A stretch of DNA of 63,423 bases, filler included, from Chiloscyllium plagiosum (lineage: Eukaryota), in assembly GCF_004010195.1 (NCBI RefSeq). It is 6 parts of one record of this genome, joined end to end, with 100 filler letters (N's around TTAATTAATTAA, not from the genome) between each part and the next. Parts side by side here need not be neighbours in the genome. Positions count along the whole stretch, not along the records: positions 12,438 to 26,619 come from NC_057712.1; 5 more parts are not named here. The stretch is one strand, 5' to 3'. Shown in pieces: positions 12,438 to 25,790 of the stretch (positions are counted from its first letter, which is position 1; each line of letters opens with the position of its first letter). A program made the translations under genes and the position numbers. The notes beneath the pieces were generated by a model, which was given only the letters and a program-made list of their open reading frames with translations, did no database searches and was not told the origin of the DNA.

Positions 12438-13297
12438 CGGAAGTGGTGGCAGACACGGCAGTAGGGGTGGCGGAAGTCACTGAGCATGTGGTATCGGCGA
12501 TGATGTGAGGGCCGGAAGTGGCTGTGGGAGTGGCCATGATGGGGGCAGAAGTGACATCATCAATCAGCGTCGTGGTGGTAGCTGCATCAGCCGCATGGCT
12601 AATGGCGTTTCCGAGGCCAGGGGAATCTTCTGGAATGTTTGAGGAGCGCTGGTTATGGAGGTGGGTAGATAAAAGTTTGTTGTACTTAGTTTTTGATGTT
12701 TGAGATGGAATTGAAATACTGTTTGTTGAGAGTATGGATTCTCCTGAGGATGTAGTACAGAGTGGGTCCTTTGCAATTCTGAGAGAGTGTGGCCCTCAGC
12801 TGAGGCAGGGCTGACTGTAGAGAGGTTAGGTGCCGGCGCATTGCTGCGAGCGTGGAGCGGAGGATCTTGAAGGAGAACAGTTGCTGGTGTTTTTGAATCT
12901 GTAGTCTGTATTGTTTGTCCTGTTCGGGTCCGAACTCTGCTGGTTTAAAGGTAGTCCGGAGTCCGTGTGGGGTGAGTTGGTTACGGAGACAGGCACTGAG
13001 GAAGCAGATGTGGCTGTGATAGCGAGTTTGATTCAGGACATGGTTGAAGAGCTTCAGGGCTGAGGAAATGACCTGGGAGTTGCAGTGAGAGAGAGACTCC
13101 CTGAGATTCTTGTAGAGAGAGGAGGAAAACTTCTTCAAGGCAGGCATCCTTGCAAGAGGATTCGCAGTAGGGTTAAAATCAACGAGGTAAAAACAATGAC
13201 TGCAGATGCTGGAAACCAGATTCTGGATTAGTGGTGCTGGAAGAGCACAGCAATTCAGGCAGCATCCGAGGACAGGCAAAATCGACGTTTCGGGCAA
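12438..13297 (-). mobile_element. 5' part of a Penelope-like element (pLTR followed by ORF N-terminus)
   Basis: 13188-13297 matches the pLTR seen at 55907 and 62968; ORF 12686-13297 has HICFLSACLRNQLTPHGL, resembling the PLE N-terminal H..FL..C....P.GL motif. Confidence 0.75.
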
Positions 13298-13779
13298 TTT
13301 CCCACTACATATACTTACTCCATTTTTCTCACATGATCTCTTGTCCTTCCTTTGTGATACCCATCATTTGTTCCTGGATGGAGCCAATGCTTGCAATGTT
13401 GCTGCTTTGGACTATCCATCAATATTGCCTGTTCCTTGCCCAAACAAATACCCATGCTGGTTCTTAGAGGTGCTGACACTCATTATTGGACTTCAAGCAC
13501 TTGGCCTTAAGTTATCTAATTACTTGTCCATTCTTTGCTTTTAAGTGTTCATCGCACTTCCCAGAGGATTACCACTTTTACTGGCACAGCATCGTCATTG
13601 CATTTCAGGCCACCATCTGATTCCACTTCAACAGACGTATCTCTTCGGTTTAGCCACCTTCTATTTTAAATTGCTTACCGTACTTCTACTTTGCAATTGA
13701 CAACATATGCATGTGTTTTTTTTTTAGAAAGGCTGTTTCCTAAAACAGTAAACATATAAACATATATAAAAGAGTGCAA

Positions 13780-14975
13780 GAAGCTGAAGTGATTATAGAT
13801 GGCTTAGAGAATAAGGATGAAGAAATAATAATAGGAAACCAGGAAACAGCAGAGTTGAATAAGTACTTTGCATCAGTCATGACAGCAGGGGACAATAACA
13901 GCATCTCAAAATTGCAAAATATTTAAGGGGCAAAAGGAGGAGAGGAAGTCAGTATAATAACTATCATTGGAGAAGAAAGTAATGCTGGGGAAACTAATAG
14001 GGCTAAAGAGTGATGGGTCACCTGGAACTGATGGAATGTATCTATAATAACAAAGAAAGTAGCTACTGAGATAATGGTTGAATTGGTAGTAGTTTTCCAA
14101 GAGTTCTTAGATTCTAACCAGTTCGCTTAATGTCTGCTATTGGGAAAATGTTGGAATCTATTCTAAAGGATGTAAGAGCAGAGCATTTAGAATTGCATAA
14201 TATCATCAAGCAGAGTCAGCATGGCTTCATGAGAGGAAATTATGCCTGACAAATTTACGAGAATTCTTTGAGGAGGTAACAAGCAGGATCGATAAAGAGA
14301 AGCATGTAATATGGTTGAATTTTCGGAAGGTGCTTGATAGGTATCATAAAAGAAAGGGACACATCAAAGCTCCTCACAACCTGAAGATGTGAACACTCAG
14401 CAGGAAATTCAAAAATATCAAAGATCTCTGACTTGTTAATACAGTTCTGAAAGCAAAGGAGAAGATAGCACATCAAGATAGTCTTCATAATAGAACTAAT
14501 AGACTGGGCTCGATGTTGCTGAGGAAGTAATGACTCATGGCAGGTAGACAGCACAAGACATCATCAGTTTGTAAATTCAAGGTTGCAGGAAAAAAGTTCT
14601 TTCTAATGATGCACAGGTAAAACACTCCTTCAGATAGAGCCAGCCAAACACTGTTGCATCAAAACATCTCCACATCACTCAACAAATTACTTTTGCAGTG
14701 TAGTGACAATACTATATTGATTTGAATGAGTAATTAATCTGTTTTAGGCAATTTCTTCAAAAGAGGATGATTAATCCATGGAACGCATTGCTGCAGAGAG
14801 CTGGGAAGGCCAAGTCATTGAATGTATTTAAGATAGATAGGTTCTTAATTGCTAAGGTGATCAAAGGTTATGGAGAGAAAGCAGGAAAATGGGGTTGAGA
14901 AACATATTGGCCATGATCGAATGGTGGAGCAGATTTAATGAGCCAAATAGTCTAATTCTGCACCTATACATTTTG
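13780..14975 (+). mobile_element. Degenerate CR1 LINE fragments
   Basis: SQHGFMRG, CLTNL and EFFEEVT motifs (14215-14280) and a CR1 3' end (14770-14975). Confidence 0.6.
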
Positions 14976-15357
14976 GTCATTTGATCTAATCTAAATAAGC
15001 AAAAACATAAAAATGCTGATCAAATGAGCCCTTTGCTCTTCTATGCAATAGTGCCATTGCTTCAATTCAAATGGCATCTTTGGTTCATTGTATTATACAA
15101 GGGATGATACCAACAAGAATGGGGCCCTAATTAAATATTATAATGAGATTTTAGCATGAGACTTGGACACTTATACTGAGAAGCTGGATCCAACATGATG
15201 GGAGGTTGACATTTGGTAAAGAATAAACATACATCACCACCATACTGAATGAACCTTAGACATCTTTTTAATAGCCTTGGAATAGCTTGGGATAGAATAA
15301 TCATATTGCTCCCAACATCTGTACGTGTTCATTAATTGAATTTACTTAACTTATCAG

Positions 15358-15650
15358 GTAGCCATCAAAGTGATTGACAAGAAGAAAGCAAAGCAGGACA
15401 CCTATGTGCATAAGAACATGAAGAGGGAGCCCCGCATCCACCAAATGATCAAGCACCCAAACATTGTTCAGCTATTTGAAACCCTGGAGACGGAGAACTC
15501 CTACTACATGGCAATGGAGTTATGCCAGGGAGGAGACCTGATGGACAGAATCTGTGAGAAGAAGAAGCTAGAAGAAAGAGAAGTGAGAAAATACACCAGA
15601 CAGATCTTGTCAGCGGTGGAACATCTCCATCGTCACACAATAGTACACAG
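15358..15650 (+). CDS. HUNK-like: HUNK-family Ser/Thr kinase, internal exon (subdomains II-VIb; 293 bp, phase 0/2)
   Basis: ttatcag|GTA GCC ATC AAA... encodes VAIKVIDKKKAKQDTYVHKNMKREPRIHQMIKHPNIVQLFETLETENSYYMAMELCQGGDLMDRICEKKKLEEREVRKYTRQILSAVEHLHRHTIVH(R)|gtagaa; canonical splice sites, open frame. Confidence 0.92.
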
Positions 15651-16754
15651 GTAGAACTGGAATTGTTGCCTGTCCATCAGCAGGGTCAGATACTGCACCT
15701 CATGTATCTATTCTGTCTCAGTTGTGGAGCTATTTAGACTTTACACACCCAGCTGTTTATTGATTCTGTCCCACCTTAGGGAAGTTTGGGAGGGTGCTGT
15801 GCACCAGTATTTTAAATGGTAGTGAGACGGCCCTCTTGAATTTCAGACATAGCTGCTAAGAGTGTAGATTTAGAAAATAATCCTCAAGTATTAATGTAGG
15901 GCACTCGTAGTAAACTGTCGATGGAATTTCTTTCTGACTAAATCAAGTAAACAGTGAAAATGAAACATATACTCAATTTAGGCACCACATGAATTTAAAT
16001 GGCTCAAATCCAGCTGTTAGGTTAAGTTATTATCCACCAGTGGGATGTGTATAGACTTTGAGTAGTTTTTGTCAATGCAGATTCTATGGGGCAAAGGGCC
16101 TCTTTTGTACCGTATGATTCTATGAATCAAGGCACCCTGCCGCATCTTTGAACACCCGTGTTTTTGTCCCTTGATTTAATATCTGTGATTGGCAGTAACC
16201 TGAGCAGAACAAGTGTGGAGATAGATAATTACCCAATTAGCATTAATTTGCTTTATTGCAAGTGTTGTAGTTTGAATAATGTTGATATTATAAAGCTTTG
16301 TTCCCTGTGATGAGATGTACTGGCAGAGGTCAGTTTATTTGTTATCAATCGTGAAGATGACAGAGTCTGTTGATGTTGAGGACAGGTTCTAAAACAAGTC
16401 AATAAAGAAAGATGGTGGTTGGTTCTATTTGTCCAATGTTGATAATCACAAAGGACAGTGACTAAATCAATCATCATAATTTATCATACAGTGGAAATCA
16501 GTCATGAATGTTTTCTCATTCTGTAAGCACAAAAGATGTCAGGGAAAATCAGATTTACAACTCTTGACAAATGTTGCTTCAATCCTGGAATTCACAAAAC
16601 TGAACAACATAATGTTAACTGCAGATAATCAGGCGATGGCAGCAAGCTGACTGAAGACGAGCTACTCATCAAAGGTCCTGTCAAAACTGATTGGTTGTGA
16701 ATAGGACCTGTTCAAGTACCACATCACAGACTCATTCAGAAAGAGAAGCAGATG

Positions 16755-17110
16755 GCAGGCAGGTAGTATAGTGGCAATGTCAACGGACTATGAATCCAGA
16801 GGCTCAAGCTAATGGCCTGCAGGTACAGCTTCAAAATCCCAACTCAGTTAACATATTTGGAATTAGTATCAGTAATATTGGCCATGAAATATTGCCAACT
16901 GTCTTAAAATCCCATCCGGCTCATTCCTTAATGTTCTTTAGGGAAGGAATTTTTCTGTCGTTACCTGGTCTGGCTTCCAGACTCACTATCATGGACTGAC
17001 TCTCAGCTGCTGTCTGAAATGGCCAGTTCAGGAGAGATCAGGAGAGATCAGGAGTGGGAAGAAAGGACTGGCCTTGCTAACAATGGCCACATCCTGTGAA
17101 AGAATAAAGA
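16755..17110 (+). mobile_element. tRNA-derived SINE with LINE-shared 3' tail
   Basis: GGTAGTATAGTGG head, TTCAAAATCCC B-box-like motif, TTTAGGGAAGGAA core, CCACATCC...GAATAAA tail. Confidence 0.65.
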
Positions 17111-18389
17111 GAAAAAGTGGAAACAGATAGCATTTAAAGGGATGACGAACACTTGAGTATGTAATTGGCTGAAAGAGATGGGACACAGAGCTGAATGACA
17201 AACAAATGTTTTTATGACAGAGAGAAGTTTGTGGTTGGGGAGACAGTTATCCAGTGATCAGTATGAGAATAATTGCTTTTATCAATGACATAAATGTGGA
17301 AACATGGCGTACAATTTTAAATATTACGGGAGATCCAAGAACTGACAACGTGGGAATCGTAACCGGGATATGATCAAACTTCAGGGGACATGGATAGATT
17401 GATGAAATGGACAGATACATGGCAGAAATAACTCAATGCACTAAGTGTGAAGCAATGTACTATGAGAGAAGCAAAATTTAGAATTGTATGATCTGAATGG
17501 TGCCGTTTTAAGATGGTGCAAAAACTGGGGGAATGCATGCTACTAAATCCTTGGAGATGGCAAGGCAAATTGATAAGGCAGTTGAGAAAGACAATTAGAT
17601 ACTTTATTTTGTAAACAGGGACACTGAATACATATATAAGGAAATTACAAACATACATCACCGTTGGTCAGCTGGAGTATCATCTACAATTCTGGGCACC
17701 TACACTTCAGGATAGTTTTCAAAGTCTCCGAAAGAGTTGAATGTAGGTTCACTACGATTATATCATGGATAAAGAATTTCAGTAGTGTGCAGAGATTAAA
17801 GGAACTGTTTTCCTTAGACCAGAGGAGATTAATGGAAACCTTAAAGGGATATTTAAAACTATGAAGAAATCTAATCGAACAAGAGAGGAAAAAAAGTTTC
17901 CTTTGACAAATGGGTCTGTAAACAAAATCATGAATTTCAAGTCATTGGCAATAGAGGGGAAACAAAGATAAATGTTTTCACACAGAGCATTTGCAATGGA
18001 TTTATTATCAAGGGAATTGAGAAATATCTGCCTTACGGCTGTTAAAGAGCTGGAGTAGGCCTCCTTCTGTATTGTAAGATTCTGTGAGTCTAGGCAAATC
18101 ACCATCCAGTTCAAAGCCTTGAACACCCAACAATGGCATCAAGCAGGAACCTCTTTTGTTTTTATTTAGGGGACTTATACTGTTTCCCTTATTAAAATTG
18201 CACGCTTTAATATAACCTCAATACTCAAGTTTATCTTAACATTAGTTTGTATCCAACATTATTGATGCAATTATTGTGCTTTACAGAAACCCAGAAGTTT
18301 AGAAGTTTAAAGCTCACCATTGCATACTGTGAGGATTGATTTATTGAGTATATAGCTTAATTTACAGCCAGTACTCAAAAAATGGCTTA

Positions 18390-18660
18390 AAAATTTGTTG
18401 CTAGGATTGGAGGGTTTGAGCTATAGGGAGAGGCTGAACAGGCTAGAGCTATTTTCCCCGGAACGTCGGAGGCTGAGGGGTGACATTAGAGAGGTTTATA
18501 TAAACATGAGTGGCATGGATAGGGTGAATTGCTAAGGTCTTGTCCCCAGAGTAGGGAGTCCAAAACTAGAGGACACAGGTTTGAGGTGAGAGGGGAAAGA
18601 TTTAAAAGGGACAACTTTTTCATACAGTGGGTGGAATGAATTGCTAGAGGAAGTAACATT
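18390..18660 (+). mobile_element. CR1 3' fragment
   Basis: LSYRERLNRL and RRLRGD motifs. Confidence 0.7.
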
Positions 18661-18866
18661 AAAAGGTTCCAAATGATAACAGCTTGACACAATAGGATTG
18701 TAATCTCTCTCTGGGTTTCGGCTCCTTTTTGCAACTCAGAGGAATCCAGAGACAAAAACTCTAAACAGCATTGGGTAGTTGTTCAGACAAACTCAGTTTA
18801 AATGTGAAATAAATGTCAGCTGGAATAATTGCATTTAAATCAATTGTTTCCTGTTGTTTTCTCAAG

Positions 18867-18922
18867 GGATTTGAAAATCGAAAACTTTCTCCTTGATGAA
18901 AATAATAACATCAAAATTGTTG
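18867..18922 (+). CDS. HUNK-like: HUNK-family kinase exon (catalytic loop; 56 bp, phase 2/1)
   Basis: ttttctcaag|G GAT TTG AAA ATC GAA AAC... encodes (R)DLKIENFLLDENNNIKIV(D)|gtaagt; phase matches both neighbouring exons. Confidence 0.92.
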
Positions 18923-19009
18923 GTAAGTGTAACAAAAGTAATAATTAGAAACTAATTGTACCAAGTGTGCGCTTGAAAGATGTTGTTTAACTGGAAATCT
19001 TTTCTAGTT

Positions 19010-19490
19010 AAGGATTTAGAAGGATGTTGCCAGGGTTGAAGGGTTTGAGTTATAGGGTGAGGCTGAACAGGCTGGGGCTGTTTTCCCTGGAGCGTCAGAG
19101 GCTGAGGAGTGACCTAAGAGAGGTTTATAAAATCATGAGAGGCATGGAGAAGGTGAGTAGTCAAGATCTTTTACCCCGGGTAGGTAGTCCAAAACTACGG
19201 GCATTGGTTTAGGATGAGACGGGAAAGATTTAAAAGAGCCGTAATGGGCACATTTTTCACACAGAAGGTTGTGTGTGTATGGAATGAGCTGCCAGAGGAA
19301 GTGGTGGAGGCTGGTACAATTACAACATTAAAAGTCACCTGGATGGGTAGATGAATAGGAAGAGTTCAGAGGGATATAAGACAAATGCTGGTAAATGAGA
19401 CTAGATTAATTTAGGTTATCCAGTCAGCATGGACAAATTCGACCGAATGCTCTATTTCCATGCTGTACATTTCTATGACTCCATGACTCT
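19010..19490 (+). mobile_element. CR1 3' end
   Basis: ORF 19024-19212 (LSYRVRLNRLGLFSLERQRLRSDL) and (CTATGACT)-type tail. Confidence 0.8.
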
Positions 19491-20549
19491 GATTAGAAAT
19501 CATATATTCCTTCTGGTTGCAGTCACATTAATATAGTTGAATAAGGATTCAATCCAAAGACAATGTGGCATTAAGCAATGCATAAAATGTACACTATCAT
19601 CTCAGCTGCCTATTGAATACTATATCCAATTGATTTTAATAGAAATAATAATCAGGAGAGATGTTCAACCATTGCCAGTTCACATCTGGTGGAGTACAAA
19701 CCATACCCAATCAATCTGTGCTTGCAGAACATTGTGTTAAACCGTAGATGTGATTAGCCAACACTTGTTGAACAATCCCAAGCTTTGCCCAAAAATCACA
19801 CTAACATACAATTTGAGACTATTAGTTGGGTATGAAATGTGGCTCATTTATTCTTTGCTAGAAGCTACATGTACAGAGGATTAATGTACAGAGGATTCTG
19901 AGAAGGTTTGACAGGATAGATGCTCCAAAGATATTTCTCCTCATGGTGGCATTGAGAACTTGGGGACACTGTTTAGAAAAAAAATGTTTTTCCCAGTTAT
20001 TAAACCAAAGAGAATCTTCTTCTCTCAGAGAATCAATAGTATTTGGAATTCCCAAGCCCAGAGACTGTGTCAATGAACATATTCAAGCTAAGTTTCATTT
20101 TTTATCTGTAAGGAAGTTAAAGGTTATAGGGGACAAACAGACAGACAGGAAACTGGACCTGAGGACATAAATACATTAGTCATGATCTCATTGAATGGCG
20201 GACTAAGCTTGTGGGCTACTTCTGCTTTGCTTCTTATGTTTCTTTTGTCTTTTAATCAAATGAATGGAAGTCATTATGCTGTTCATGTGTCATTCAGGGG
20301 TGTACTGCGGTTGGTAACAAAAACAGTTATAGATTACTCCGGCTCATTTACTGTTTTCAATCTCCCACCTAAACTAAGGTCTTGCATAATGTAAATTAGA
20401 GAGTGGAACAAATTGCTTGTAAAGATTGACACTGATAGATGCCTGGTACCTGTAGAACTGAACTTTAGCAAAACAACCTTCCAACATTTAAGATAGAAGG
20501 GGGATCAAAATGGTCATGAGGTACTGAATGAACACCTATTGAAGTCTGA

Positions 20550-20732
<183 letters not shown>

Positions 20733-21289
20733 TAAGGATTGCATCATGTGCATCAGATAAAAATTAAATTTATATTGAATGGGAATGTCTATACATATCT
20801 ATATATGTGCTTATTGCAATTAATACAATTTAATATATCTAGTTGTTCAAAAAACTTGTACAGATTTATGGAATTGCACTTTCAAAGGGATTGAAAATCA
20901 AAAGCTGGGCTGAGTATTAGGTCCCACCAGCCATTAGGCGGCTATTTAAAATCCTTAATGATCAGTCAGTAAAAGACCAAGGAGCCACCTCACTGTCCAG
21001 TCAGAGCCATTGGGCAAGCTCCTAATGCTGGGGCCAATGGAAGGTTCTCCACAATCTTCAATGATTGGTAACCCCATCGGAGGTAGAAGCTGCTGGCCTG
21101 AACAAGACATCTACAAGGATGAAAGTATTTGTCTCTCTGGATCTGCAAATGTTTTCCTTTAAATAATTATCCATTTCTTTTTGGAAAGCCACAATTGAAT
21201 GTATCTCCACCACAGTCTCTGACTGTGAGTAAAAACATTTTTTCTCCATTTCCCACTGGATGTTTTGTCAATCACCTTAAAATAGTACA

Positions 21290-21424
21290 GGCAGAAGTAG
21301 GTACTGCAGATGCTGGAGATTAGAGTCAAGATTAGAGTGGTGCTGGAAAAGCACAGCAGGTCAGGTAACATCCGAGGAGCAGGAAAAATCGACATTTCAG
21401 GCAAAAGCCCTTCATCAGGAATAG
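21290..21424 (-). mobile_element. Solo PLE pLTR with hammerhead motif and 11-bp TSD
   Basis: AAAATAGTACA at 21279-21289 and 21425-21435; on -: CCTGATGAAGGGCTTTTGCCTGAAA. Confidence 0.8.
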
Positions 21425-22289
21425 AAAATAGTACACTCTGGTTCTCGACCGTTCCACCATTAAGCACAATGTGTCCTTATTTACTTTGTCCAGATTTCTC
21501 ATAATTTTGAACTACATTGATCAAATCTCTTCTCTATTTGCTCAAACATTCCACACTTCACTAAGTCTCAGAAATATTTTCGGCACACTCTCCAATGTCT
21601 TCCTAAACAGTGGTTCTCAGAATTGGACACAATACTCCTGATGAAAACAAACCGGTGGATTATCAATGTTCATGATTATGCCCTTGCTTTTATACCCTAT
21701 ACCTTCTGAGATCTCTAATCCTGATTCGTTCCTGATCCATTCCTCCAGCCCTTCTGTGTGCTCTTGAAATTGCTGTTTTATCTCCTCATAGTTCACTACA
21801 CTTCCACATTGTTTGTTATCTGAAAATGTTTAAATTGTATCCAGCGATTCCTCTAAATGCTGAAGCATGTACAAAGGCAGTAAGACCTACACAACGTCCA
21901 GGCTTGGGCTCATAAGAGGTAGGGAACTTTTATAATATACAAGCTCTTAGCTCGCCTGAGGTCTGGTGGCCCTCAGGCTGAATCACCACCAGTCACTTCT
22001 CTCTGATAAGAGAGCAGCCCCTATGGTCTGGTAAGACTATGGTGACACAGCAAGTATCATGAGAAGCATTTGGTCAAAAGTTGGAATTCTGAAGTCAGTA
22101 ACTCATCTCCTGACTGCTGTGAGCCTGCCCACCATCAACAAGGCCTAAGTTAGCTATGTACTGGTATAAACGCAAAATGCTGCAGACTTTAGAAATCTGA
22201 AATAAAAACAGGAAGTGCTGCAAGAACTGAGCAGGTCTGACAGCATCTGTGAAGAGAGAAACAGAATTAGGACTTCTGATACAACAGTT

Positions 22290-22775
22290 CTTCCACATCT
22301 CCAACAACACCCAAGAAACTCAACACTGTCCTGGACAAAGTAGTCCACTTGGTCAGCACGTATCTAAGATTCACTCCATCCACCACTGAAGGACGGTGAC
22401 AGCAATGGATGTACCATCTTCAAGATACATAGCAATAACTCACCAAGGATCCTCAGACAGCACCTTCCAAACTCGTGACCTCTATCTCCTGGATGGGCAA
22501 GGCAACATATACTTAAAAACACCATTACCTCAAGGTCTCCTCCAGGTTATGTACCATCTTGAATTGGAACTAATTGCCATTCCTTCATATGCGCTTCACA
22601 TGTGATTCAGAATCCTAGAACTCCCTCCCTAACAATATTGTGTATGCGCTGACACCAAATAGACTACAATGGTACAAGAAGTCAGCTCACCACCACTGAC
22701 TCAGAACAATTGGTGATAGGTAATAAATGCTCGCCTTGCCAGCAAAGCCCACATCCCACAAATGAATTTAAAAAA
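22290..22775 (+). mobile_element. LINE 3' end (CR1/L2 clade)
   Basis: Continues the LNTVLDKVVHL-type region and ends ...AATAAATGC...CCCACATCCCACAAATGAA. Confidence 0.6.
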
Positions 22776-24209
22776 CATCTAATTTTAAGGCATTAATACT
22801 GATTAAGAAAAGCCAAGTTTCTACCATCGATCATTGGAGAACCTCATTATAAAATTTCTTCAATTCAGGAACTAAACATTTGCCACTTCCCTCTGTTTTC
22901 CTTTCATTCCCTTCAGTCCGTGCTGCCACTGTCTCTTTTATTCATGTGCTAAAACTTTGCTTCAGGCTTGTTATGCAGCACTTGAGAATGGCTCTCAACC
23001 TCTTTGTTGTCTCTTCACAAACCTGTATCACATTAGATCACCACAATTTTCCTTTTTAACAAATCTGTGGAGTTTTCCGTAATTAATCCACATTTGTCCG
23101 AGTGAAAGATCATTTTGTCCAGGTTGTTTGACATTGCAGACCTGATCTTTTCCAGCTGTCTGCACGGGTAAACAAAAGGAGTAGGTATTTGAGCAGAGTC
23201 CAACCCAGCCAAGAAGGAAAGCACTGGTCTCAGGCTCACGTTTGTGACTCACTTTTTATACCAAAGAAGAAACAGCAATTCTTCAGTTTGGACAGAACAT
23301 ACCCATTGTGTTCAAAACTTTCCTCACATTTCCAGTTGAAATTTATGGCAATATGGTGAAATTCAAAGAATCTTAAAGAACATATTCTGAATGCTTTGAA
23401 GCAAGATGAGATTTTGAAGGTCATTTGCCGTTCCTGATCACTGAACTGACTTACCCCCTATGAAGAAACAAAAAAAAAATTGACTCATGGAGTTTATTTG
23501 TACGGTGACTGCAAATGTGTTGTGTCTTAAAGGAAAAGTATCCTATGCAATCTCTCTGAAGTTTAGGCATAATACAACAAAGCAGGTTATAGTTATGTAC
23601 CAATTTCTCCTGTTCCCAAGCTAGTCAGAGAAGAGGTTGAGAAGGAGTAACCTCAAACTGGCAATGAGGAATTGAACCCATGCTGTTGGCATTAAACTCC
23701 TCTGCAAGCTAACAATTCAGCCAACTGAGCTAAACTGATTCCCTCATGATACTTAATAAGATTAAAAATAGAACTAGGAATTGATCAAACAGCCTCTTGA
23801 ACCTTCCTTTCAATTCATTCATTCCATAGCAGAACAATTACATCTATTTTTCTTTCCTGCCCAATCCTTATATTTCTTAATTCTGTTACGGATAAAAATA
23901 AAGTGTTGAAATTATTCGTTGACTCAGCACCACATTTCTGCCCAAATTTACAACAGTCTGAGTGAAGGAGGTTATCCTCATCTCCATCCTCAGTGACTGC
24001 CTCCTTAATCAGAGATTGTCATTTCATGGCATAAGGCTCCAGGATCCACTCTAGGGATTGAACACAAAAATGAAGGCTGGCAATCCAGTGCAGTACTGAG
24101 GTAGTGTTGAAATTTCTTAATCAGTGGAACACTGCTGTTTATGAGAGTGTGCTGTATGCAAATAGGCTTCTGTGTAGCATATATTACAGCAGTGACATTG
24201 TAGCAGAGT

Positions 24210-24990
24210 GGGGAGGTAAGAGCCTAATGATATTAGTACTAGACTATTAATCCAGAGACCCAGGTAATGTCCGAGGAATCTGGATTTGAATTCTGCCATG
24301 GCAGATGGTGAAATTTGAATACAATAATCTGGAATTAGGACTCTAATGATGATCATGAGTACAGTGTCGATTGTCAGGAAAATCCAACTGGAGTTCAGCC
24401 CTTTAGGGAAGGAAACTGCCATCCTTATCTGCTATGGTCTGCGTGTGACTTCAGACCCATGGTAAAGTGGTTGACTCTTAATTGGCCTCTGTTGTCCCAG
24501 CCAGCAACACTCACATCCCATGAATGAACAAAATCAAATTAATTGGCTGTGAGGCATTTTAAAGCATCCAGTCATCATGATAGGTGTTCTAAAAATGTTA
24601 TAATGGAAAGAGGAAGCATTGTGAGAATATCAATCAGTTAGAAATTCAAAGGCTAAGACTAATGTGCCAGAGCCACGGGTTCAAATCCCACTATAGCAGC
24701 TGGTGGAATTCAAATTCACATAGGAATAAAATGTGGAATTAAAAGCTAATCTGAATAATGGTGCCATAAAGCTATCAGTGATTGTTGAAAAACCCATTTT
24801 ATTCAATATTAAGGAAGGAAATCTGCTGTCCTTACCTGGTATGGCCTCTATATAATGAGACCCACGGTAATAATATTGACTTTTAATTGTCCTTTAAAAC
24901 AAACAATAAGATACTCAGTTCAAGAGCAGTTAAGTATGGACAACAAATCCTAGTAATGCCCAGATTTCATGAAAAAGAATGAAATAAAAG
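24210..24990 (+). mobile_element. Two tandem copies of the tRNA-derived SINE (~24210-24535 and ~24612-24990)
   Basis: Each has a B-box-like motif (GGATTTGAATTC / GGGTTCAAATCCC), the GGAAGGAAA core and the CACATCCCATGAA-like tail. Confidence 0.65.
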
Positions 24991-25534
24991 CTGTGGCCTT
25001 GGTAATTAATGATGCATTTAATATAAATACAGTTTGCTTCTTTTCACGTTTCCACTTCTGGATCTCCCCAACCTAAATTCATTGAGATAGTTATTTGTAA
25101 ACCTTCTCTTATCCCTTTGTCAAAATTGCTCTCAAAGCTCTGCCACCTGGAGAAGTTTACATTCCTAATGGGGAGCCATATTCAACAGGAGAGCAGAACG
25201 CCAAACCAATTGGGATACTGATGTGTTCATTGTGGAGCTCTCACATGTTAAAATACAATCAATAATCCAAATAAACATGAGGGACACAAATCAGATACAT
25301 TGACATCCAAGTTCCACTCCATGACCTAGCCTCACACTGAGCAAGGTTCCCCAACAAGATGGCAGGTGACTAAATATTACTCTTTGCTGGCATAGTCTTA
25401 AAAATGATGACTCTGTAAGATTTGCAGACCTCTGTGTCTGCTGTCTCTACTTGAAAGATTGAGTACATTCAGAAAGTCTTGAAAGTGGCAAAACTAACCA
25501 TTTTATTAAAGACAAATGTCAAAGCTATATTTTA

Positions 25535-25790
25535 TAACTGGGAACACCACAACCTATAAGTTTTTCGCCAAACCAAACATGATCATGACTTGGAACACTA
25601 TCGCTATTCCTTCACTGCCAATCGGTCAAATTCCTGAAAATCACCCCCTAACAACACTGTGGGACATCACCACATCCAAGAATTGCAAGGGTTCGAGAGG
25701 CTCACAAGCACGTTCTCCAGGGTAATTAGGGATGGGTAATAAATGCAGACCCTACCAGCAACACTAACATCCCCAGGAATAAATAAATAC
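25535..25790 (+). mobile_element. LINE 3' end that runs into the 44-bp array
   Basis: GGGAACACCAC...GACTTGGAA...TTAGGGATGGGTAATAAATGC, as at 11130-11380. Confidence 0.7.

Noticed and set aside
12686..13297. 203-aa ORF as a novel host gene
   Set aside because: It starts inside the PLE pLTR and carries a PLE N-terminal motif, so it is transposon-derived.
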